20,000 nt of DNA, taken from Trichinella spiralis. Lineage: Eukaryota. This document shows positions 11,901-20,000 of this stretch, in pieces. Every line of letters begins with the position of its first letter. The stretch's first letter is position 1. The stretch covers positions 12,017,387 to 12,037,386 of the forward strand of contig NW_003526943.1 of NCBI RefSeq assembly GCF_000181795.1, in the 5' to 3' direction. The translations under genes were made by a program, and so were the position numbers. The notes under the pieces were generated by a model that saw nothing but the letters and a program-made list of their open reading frames with translations, was not told where the DNA came from and made no database searches.

Positions 11901-13877
11901 AACAAGAGAATAGATGAATGAATATTTAGTTTTTCCGTTGCAGCAACCATACTTACTCGGTTGTTGCATGAATGCTAGCTATCGTATGACAATGAATTCG
12001 TTGAGATTTTAATTTTCAATGCTGATGTCATTAACTGTGCTGATACAGAACAAGTCCACAAATATGACAAGCTTCTCAGGCTTCTTTTTTGTTTTGCTGC
12101 TAGCTCACCAACTATCATTTAAGCTTTCACCAGAGCTTAACATTTTTCAGTTTTATGCACAACGATTTCAATAGAACAAATTTTTCTTATTATACTGCAT
12201 ATTTAAATAAAATTTTTATTCAACTTATTGTGTAATATTTTACTTTATAATGTAAATATTATCTTCATTGAAAATAGCTGATTAATAGAAACATCTCAAA
12301 GTACGTGTTACTTCTCTGTCTTATTTTGATCATGTAATAAATGTGGAATACAAATTGTATATAATGGGAATTTTTCATTATTTATTTAATAAAATGTTTA
12401 AAAATATACTTGCACTCACTTATCAAACGATTAAAATTAAAAAAACAAGAAAATTATTCAATCTTATCTTTTATGACATGGCAAAATGAATTACAGAGCA
12501 AATTTCTGTTTAATGACGTAAAGAGGGGTAATAATTATCTAGTTTTTCAGCAACTCCAACAGGTGAAACATCATTTTATAAAACATCGTATGGAAATATA
12601 TTTTTTATAAATCAACCATTTTCCAGCTAAACAAAATTAAATTTTAATATTATTACATGGCTCATTTTAACAAACAATTGTTGCAGATAAAACTTGTAGT
12701 GCCTTGATATTATTATGAATAATAACAGTAGTAGTAGTAGCAGCAATTGTTGTCGTTTTTGCTATTATGATTATTATTATTGGCAGTAGTTAGAGCAACT
12801 GGCAAAATAAATAATTTACCATAAAATTTTCAAAAGCAACTATTACATTGCAAATGTTACGGCGATTGCTCAAAGCAGCTGCCATAAAATGCTGAAACAC
12901 GCAAACTTGAAGGTCATATCCTTCATTCTGAATTGCCTTTTTATCAACTTCAAAAACATTTTATAGCGCTCAATTAAAAAGGAAACATTAATTTTTTTAT
13001 TAAGAATTACAAATTCGATGTAATCCTATGATGTCATCAATTAAAAGAAAAAACGCAAATAAAATGAATGCAAGTTAAACTGAAATTATCTATCTTCTAT
13101 TAATAGTAGTGAAAGTTCTTTTGTGGCATTTTCTTCAATATAAAGAATAATATATTATTTAATTTCTAAAATGAAATAAATAAATGTGCTTAATTTAAAT
13201 TTGCTTGACGCAAATTCATTTTCTTCATCCTTGAACAACGTAAGAATGCCTGTTTAAACTTGCTGCGTTGGTTTGTTATTGTTATCAGTGTATTTATTTT
13301 TATCTGTAATGCATCTTTTGCACGAGTGCGTCTCATGCTTATAAAAAAAGTTGTTCATTATATCAAAAATAATGTTCAGGTTAAAGTGATAATAGAACAA
13401 TCTCGATGTTTTATAGATATCTTTTAATTATTCAAAAAGCTTAATAAAGTTTTATAAAGTTCTCAGAATTGAGAATTATCATTCTAGTTGATTGCAAAAG
13501 TTTTGTTATTACTGCTTGATGTTTGGATTGAAAATTGCACTAAACTTTATAAAGCAGATATATGACTACACATCAAGCTTAGTGAATGTTCCAGTTGAAA
13601 TCGCAATTCTTCGTTGAAATAAGATTTATTAATAGAAACACATGCACTGCTTTTGTTCAACACCGAAAAGTATCTATGCAAAATATTTTGCATTTACTCA
13701 TTTTAATAAAATGCAAATATAAATAAATATATATGAACACAATAAAATCACTTCTGGAATGCAAGTAATAATATCTGTTAGCTATAAAATAAAAAAACTA
13801 ATAATACAATCGAATTTTTTTCTTTTCTTTTTGTTTTAAAAATGAAATTTGCAATCATATAGTATTACAATATAAGA

Positions 13878-13903
13878 ATATTATTATTATTATTATTACT
13901 ATT
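13878..13903. repeat. (ATT)n microsatellite
   Basis: Directly visible. Confidence 0.8.
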
Positions 13904-14088
13904 GAATTAATTTGAGCAATTTCAGCAAATTACGCTATTAATTTTCGAGCATAACAAAATATGAGATTTAATTTAAGCAGCAAAACTGAATAATCGCAAA
14001 GAAATATCTTAAAATGAATATATAATTTTGCTGTTTCAATAAGTAAAATTTCCATCTATTTAGGTATTATTTTTAATAAATTTGATAC

Positions 14089-14098
14089 AAAATCAAAA
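14089..14098 (-). terminator. Possible RNA polymerase III terminator (two T4 runs) of the tRNA-Tyr gene
   Basis: The minus strand reads TTTTGATTTT starting about 15 nt after the discriminator base. The AT-rich background lowers specificity. Confidence 0.45.
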
Positions 14099-14112
14099 TT
14101 TTAATAAGTATG

Positions 14113-14198
14113 TCCTCTGAGCCGGATTTGAACCAGCGACCTATGGATTTCTGAATCTTATCTACAGTCCACCGCTCTACCAACTGAGCTATCAGAGG
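14113..14198 (-). tRNA. tRNA-Tyr: tRNA-Tyr(GTA) with a 13-nt intron (14149-14161)
   Basis: Reverse complement reads CCTCTGA TA GCTC AGTTGGTA GAGC G GTGGA CT-GTA-G [ATAAGATTCAGAA] A TCCAT AGGTC GCTGG TTCAAAT CCGGC TCAGAGG A. It forms a full cloverleaf of 73 nt after splicing, with A and B boxes, the C1:G72 and A73 eukaryotic Tyr identity elements, and the intron at canonical 37/38. Anticodon at 14163-14165. Confidence 0.97.
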
Positions 14199-17100
14199 CA
14201 CGTTAGTCACTTGCGAAATTTAATTTTAAAATAATTTCCTTTATGAAGCATTTGCAAACTATTTTTTGTGTTCATGTAAATTTGTTTTCTTGTATTTTTT
14301 TGTACTTCGCTAGCTTCTTTAATCAAATATTATATTCTGTCAATTCTATTAGTGTTATTGTAGATGTGCAATTTTTTTTAATTTTTTTGTAGTTGTAACT
14401 TTCTTTCACATTTTATGATTTTAGTGAAAGTAATATCATTTTCATTTTTGAAACTTTTCAATACAACTGCCAAGTTTTAGATGGTCGAAAAATGCCATAA
14501 ATGGCTTTTTGAAAAATTGCATTTGGAAGAATGTTTGCTAGGAATTGTTGATATATGGTTGAGGGGTAGGGCTTGCAAATAATAATAAAACTGCAGTCAT
14601 GAAATGAGCTTATGAGGCAAACTAAAAAATCGCAACATTTATCATATTCAAATAATGCATAGTAGATGTCAGGATCAGCCACTGCCTTTCGTTTTCAACT
14701 AAATCTTGCATATAACCAATTCACAGTTGCTTTTATATAAGTAATATTGTAAGAAATATTAAAAAAATAAATTTTATAAATAAAATGAGCTTCACTAGAA
14801 CGCTACTTTAAAATAAATTTGAATTCCAAATTTAAAAATTAATGAAAAATTGTTTCTCTTATCAGCATTTTACTATCAGTAGAAAAACAACAAAAGGATT
14901 CTATTTCAAGCAGTTTGTAGAATAATAATAAATAAATTTTAGAATAAAGAATTCGTTTTACTCAATCTGTTATCTGTAAAGACGGATACAGAAAAACATT
15001 TATTTCCATATCGACCCGCATGTATATAAAGGCAATGATTAAAATCTACTCATAATGTGTAATCATTTTTGTTCAAATTTGTCAAAAATTAGGTTTTTTT
15101 TAAAAGCGCTTAGATTATCCATCTGTATTTGACCCCAGTAACAACTTTTAATGCTTTATTCCTTTTTTATTAATATGTAAATTATTAAAATACTTCACAC
15201 TGAGCATTGATTCATTGTGAGGATTATTTTGTTGTTTATCCAGTTTCTGCTTATACTTGTTTTTCATTAATTTAGAAATAGAATTACTATTTTCCATATT
15301 TGAAATATATGGACATAAATATGGTTTTCATCGGTTGCTTCGAAAACAATAAATAACACACTATTTTCAACCAATTCTCATTAAATTTTCAGTCAATTCA
15401 ATGAGTTTATTCATAACTGCTGAGTAAATAGCATATTTTCAGTATACAGTTTTCATGATTGTGTTTTAATACATTTAAATCATAAAGTTATTATTCATGA
15501 AACGCAAGCAACAAAAATATGAAAAATAAATTCTTATCATCTTTTATCTAAATTGTATTTAATAACCAAGATATGTAAAAGAAAATATAGAAATTGCATA
15601 TCTTCTTACATTTAGTTACATAGTACACTTTATTTAATAATAATGATCTTTTTATTTGATATTAGAATTAGTAAGATACAGTACATCTGATAAGTGATGA
15701 TGCGCTATTTTATAAAAGATGAATTTTAAAAGGATAATACAATAAAATAGTTCAAATCTTTATATTATCTATTCTTAAATAATTAGTTTCAAATAATAAT
15801 TCCAAATTCCGAAACTCTATATGTCAAAATTTATCATAAAAATATCGACAACAAACCCACAACTAAAAATAGGGAAAATGATTCATCTGTCAATTTCATA
15901 CATTTTTGACATTTACGTATGCTAATTTGTTTAATTTCCGCATACTAATTTGTTTGAGAAATGAAATTCAAACAAAGTCAAGTCTACGTCTGCTTTATAA
16001 ATTATACCAGATATTATAATGATGTACACATTACGAAATCTAATTTATGATGATTAAGATTGCAATGCATTGCTTTGCAAAGATAAGAATTAGTTAACCT
16101 TTACCCAAAAATGTATCAATATTTATTCCAAGTTGTTAGTATAATTAAAAATTCTGCTTTTGAAACAGTTATATAAAAGACCATAACTTCAAGTTAGACC
16201 AAACTGCTAAATAAAAGTAATTTAGAAGAGTTGACTGATAAAATTTTTAAATGTGTTTGAGAGAATTTAACTGAAAAACATATTTATTCCATTGTAAATT
16301 ATTACGGCTGTGGATTTAAATTTGGGCTCAAATATACTGCATATAAGAAATAACACATTGCAGTTATATGGATAAAAGTGTCATATAGGAATAGTATATT
16401 TCGTCTTTGAACAAAAAATTGAACTTAACATTTAAATTATAAAAGCAGTACACCAATATTTAGTTTCTGAAGATTATTTCAATAAACTGTAGAAAGTATC
16501 AACAAGTTTGTTCCATGCTGATCTAATCATGTGAAAAAAATGCAATGAAAAACTTGTTTAAGCATGTGAAATTTTTTGATTTGTCACTGAATTTAATCAT
16601 TTTTTTCACATTTAATTTTAAATATACTGCAGTGACCAGAAAATAATTGTGTGCGTAATAAGCGTAGTTATGCACGTTCCATTTATAGCATTTCTATACA
16701 TACTAAAAAAGAAACTATAGCTAACTTGAAAAAACTGAAAATACTTTTCAAATTTCAATTAACATAAGATAAATACTGCTGTGATTGCTAAAAGTACATG
16801 TCCTGAAATATAAGGTAGAAAATTCATGCTCGAAAGCGCTGAGTTTATATTTCCAAAATTATTCCTCTTTGAAAAGTAAAACATGAGATTGCAAATTCTA
16901 ATTTTACAAAAAAAAATCATGCAAAATCTTTTTTACTGCGCAGGTTTAAGTTGGAACTGCTCATGGAAGAATGACACTCGATAAATGAAATAAGGAAAGA
17001 AAAAAACTGGAATTATACCCTTTCATAGATTTTAAAAAAAATTTAAAAATATATTTGACAGTATTTATTTTTCAAAAATATCAAAAAGTGTTCAGCAAAA

Positions 17101-18763
17101 ATGAAATGATTCGAGGAATTTCGTAAATATATTTTTTAATTTTTATTTAGATGCTTATTTTAATTTAAATGTTTTTATTTGGATCAAACTGAATGCAATT
17201 TTTTGAATTTAATAGTTTCAATTTTTTCAAGCTAATATTTTGCAATAGCTAATCATATATCCATTAAATGTTACATGATGTAATAGTATTAACTCGAATA
17301 CACGAAGAATGTAGTATATGTTAGTTGATCATAACTTAAAAATATTCATAAAAGCAATACATTTCAAATATATATGTACATGTATATAATATATATATAT
17401 ATAATTAAAATACTAAAAGTGCATACATATATACATACATCTATATATAAAGAAAACAGGAAAAACTGGATAAACACCATTGCAAAATCGTTGCAAAATA
17501 TCAATTTTTAAAAAGTATGTGCTTTATATTAATACTCAACTTCAAGTAATAAATTAAATACTTTCAGAATTGAAATTTTATTTAGCAACTGCTATAATTT
17601 ACTCTGATTCAATAATTAGGCAAATATTACCTGAAAAACAAAAATCTTACTGTATTAGAATTACCGTATTTAAGCAGCTGAATTACTCCTCCTGCTCATT
17701 TAGATAGTGAAAGTTCAGTCATTATTTGTATTGTTCAATTGTTTTGAAAGAAACAGCTTCTTGTTTAAATATCCCATTAACTAGAAAGTTATTTAGTTTA
17801 GCGTTTTTTGTGAAATGACTTGTCTTCCTGTCAGCTAATCTTGAATATTTATCTGCAGTCAGAAAACTTTTTGAGCATTTATTTTCATTGTTTGCAGTGA
17901 TTAAAGGAATTTTAGTAAGAGAACTCAGAATTGAGTTTTCTCTAATAACAAACCTTTACCAGTGTTTATCATATTTAATAAGTTTTAGCTTTGATACGGT
18001 TATTATTTTATGTTACGTGTGATAGCGCACTTTTTTAGTGGTTTTCCAGCATGCATTTCTGTCGTTTAGAGACGTTAAAGAGTTTTACTTAATGTGCTGC
18101 CATTTTTGCAGCGTAACATCAGCAACGTGTGCAAACATTCATGAAAACATTTGCCGGTTGTTAGAAAATTCTCAACTACTTTTCTGCTTATTCAAGCTTG
18201 CTGACATTTTAGTCATTTTTATGCGCCTGCACTTTTCTGATAAAATCAGTCACTTCTCGGATGCAGCCTTAGAATGTTCTACAGTGTATTTAGCTATTTA
18301 TTTATTTTTAATTTTTTTGACGGAAGTGATTATATTTTTTGTTCATTCGAGACGGTTATTTTTATTGATTTTAAAGCATGATTCGCGTTTTACTTTCTGA
18401 TTCGATTAGCAGTTGGAGTTGTTTTGCCAAGGACGAAGCACATCACCGTGCTCACGTTCATTAGGCGTGAATCGTGAGCATATAACATGATTTCAGGGAC
18501 GTTGTCCCATAAATGTCGTGTTTGATGACCATGGCCGTGCTCGATGACCTGCTGTTCTTTAGCCAACTGGCCATTAAGCAGCGGAACAATAATCAAATCT
18601 GTTCACTTCCTTGACCTAACAGTGCAGATACGGATTTCCTTCCGTCTCAGCACAGTATCAACTATTCAAATTGTTCGTTGAAATTTTAAAATGAAAATTT
18701 AATTTAGATTGTGCTTTGCTTTTGCCACTGCTTCATCAAATACTCGAGTGAATGAAATAGTTG

Positions 18764-18779
18764 ATGGGCAACAAGCAAG
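18764..18779 (+). CDS. neur: Putative first coding exon of neuralized (MGNKQ plus the first base of Gly)
   Basis: ATGGGCAACAAGCAAG with an in-frame TAG just upstream (18758-18760). It ends in phase 1, as the 18858 exon requires, at AAG|GCGAGA (GC donor, 78-nt intron). The product MGNKQGSSRRNSS resembles the MGN.. starts of vertebrate NEURL1 proteins. Confidence 0.6.
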
Positions 18780-18857
18780 GCGAGAAATATTTATTTGTTA
18801 TTCTTATCTTTTGTTTGATGAAATTCATTGAAAAACTTGTATTATAATTGATTTCAG

Positions 18858-19021
18858 GTAGTTCGAGGAGAAATTCTTCACCGGTGCAAAGCATGGATTC
18901 CATTATAGATTTTGAAGCAGCTCAAGCTTACGAACCTCTGGCGTTTCATTTGATCCATGGTGACAATATTCGCTTGAGTGAAAATAGAAGGGTGGCAAGA
19001 CGAGAAAAATCATTCTGTAAA
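18858..19021 (+). CDS. neur: Neuralized-family RING E3 ubiquitin ligase, exon encoding the start of the first NHR (NEUZ) domain; the gene continues beyond the window
   Basis: Acceptor TTTCAG ends at 18857 and donor AAA|GTAAAT starts at 19022. Translation is (G)SSRRNSSPVQSMDSIIDFEAAQAYEPLAFHLIHGDNIRLSENRRVARREKSFCK. The last half matches, from memory, the Drosophila Neur NHR1 start PLQFHSVHGDNIRISRDGTLARRFESFCR. I found no next exon (expected ..FS.RP..) in 19022-20000. Confidence 0.88.
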
Positions 19022-20000
19022 GTAAATTTTTTGTTTTATTTTTTTTGAAGACATTCAAATATGAATGTTGAAAATGAATATTTTGGCAGGTTATCGAAAT
19101 TTATAATTATTGAACGTTGTGTCAAAGTTTTCTTATGCTTTTGAATCCAGAGTGAATGAAACGTCAATCTGACGACTATTTTCAACAGCAGTTTCGAAGC
19201 TAATTAATCTTGAATAGTTCGCATTCTTTTACGCGTTTATTATGTGAAAATGCAAGTCAAATTCCAGTTTTTACTGTAGTTGATTTAAGAATAAACATTA
19301 AAAGGGTTGTAGGTTTTTTTTGTTCAGTAAAAATCGATTGCATTGAGCGTAGAGGTAGGTGGTTTGCTTTCATATATTTAAAATTGCATTGTATTATTTT
19401 GATTTTATTATCTATTTGAGTTGATGAAATGTGAAAATTTGAATTTTAGCTTTTTGATGAAAAAGAAATGTTGATTTTAAAATTGATGACAGCTTTTTTT
19501 TAAAAGTATTCTTTAGCGTTTGTAATATGTTTGATGTTCATGAAATGAAGCGGATATTTATTTATGAAAAATAGTGATTGTAATAGTACAATCGTATGTG
19601 ATTGTGAAATTATTGTTCAAATCAATAATGGTTTGTGTGTGTTTGTCACTTTTAATCAAAAAGATGACATCATCAGAATTGAAAGTGACGTGGAAATTAA
19701 TAATTTTTTTACAAGTATAATATTGAGGAAGTGAATTTGATTGCAATTTCAAATCGTGCATTTTTTCATAAATTATCGATGCATCAGTTTGATGTAAACT
19801 GGTTGTTGATTTCATTTGTGCGCGGCAAAAGCGTTGCTAATCTAGACCTTGAGGAAATATGCAATTGGAAATAACGGTATAAGTTTTCTGCATAAAATAT
19901 CTATATTATTAAATTATTTCGATTGATCAATCAGTTGCAATTGTTTTCACTCAGTAAACTGAGGTAAATTTTGTTCTCTGTATGTATTCTTTATCACACA

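Noticed and set aside
11949..11960. Possible U1 snRNA gene (ATACTTAC)
   Set aside because: The match stops after 8 nt, and the U1 stem-loops and Sm site are not evident.
18038..18400. 120-aa ORF upstream of neuralized
   Set aside because: GTG start, low-complexity Phe/Leu-rich sequence, and no similarity I recognise.
1..20000. CRISPR arrays, transposons, spliced-leader RNA or conserved miRNA genes
   Set aside because: I saw no regularly spaced repeats, terminal inverted repeats, transposase/RT ORFs, SL1 sequence or recognisable mature miRNA. RepeatModeler, Rfam and miRDeep searches would be needed to exclude lineage-specific ones.

Overview
AT-rich eukaryotic (animal) genomic DNA with spliceosomal introns and many microsatellites. 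The homeodomain N-terminal arm and TTTCAG/TTAG acceptors suggest a nematode, possibly an early-branching Trichinella-like one (inference only). Three genes are supported. (1) A complete two-exon NK6/Nkx6-class homeobox gene (cog-1/HGTX orthologue; + strand, 3645-4220 joined to 6068-6202, 236 aa, with an N-terminal eh1 motif). (2) An intron-containing tRNA-Tyr(GTA) on the - strand (14113-14198). (3) The 5' part of a neuralized E3 ligase gene (+ strand, exon 18858-19021, start of the first NHR domain), probably preceded by a first exon with only 16 coding nt (MGNKQ-G) spliced through a GC-AG intron. The rest looks non-coding, and most of the supplied ORFs appear spurious. I see no prokaryote-type system (CRISPR, IS elements, operons) and cannot support a wholly new biological system. 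The best leads are the Nkx6-neuralized adjacency, the putative GC-AG myristoylation exon, and the lone tRNA gene in the 12.5 kb spacer.
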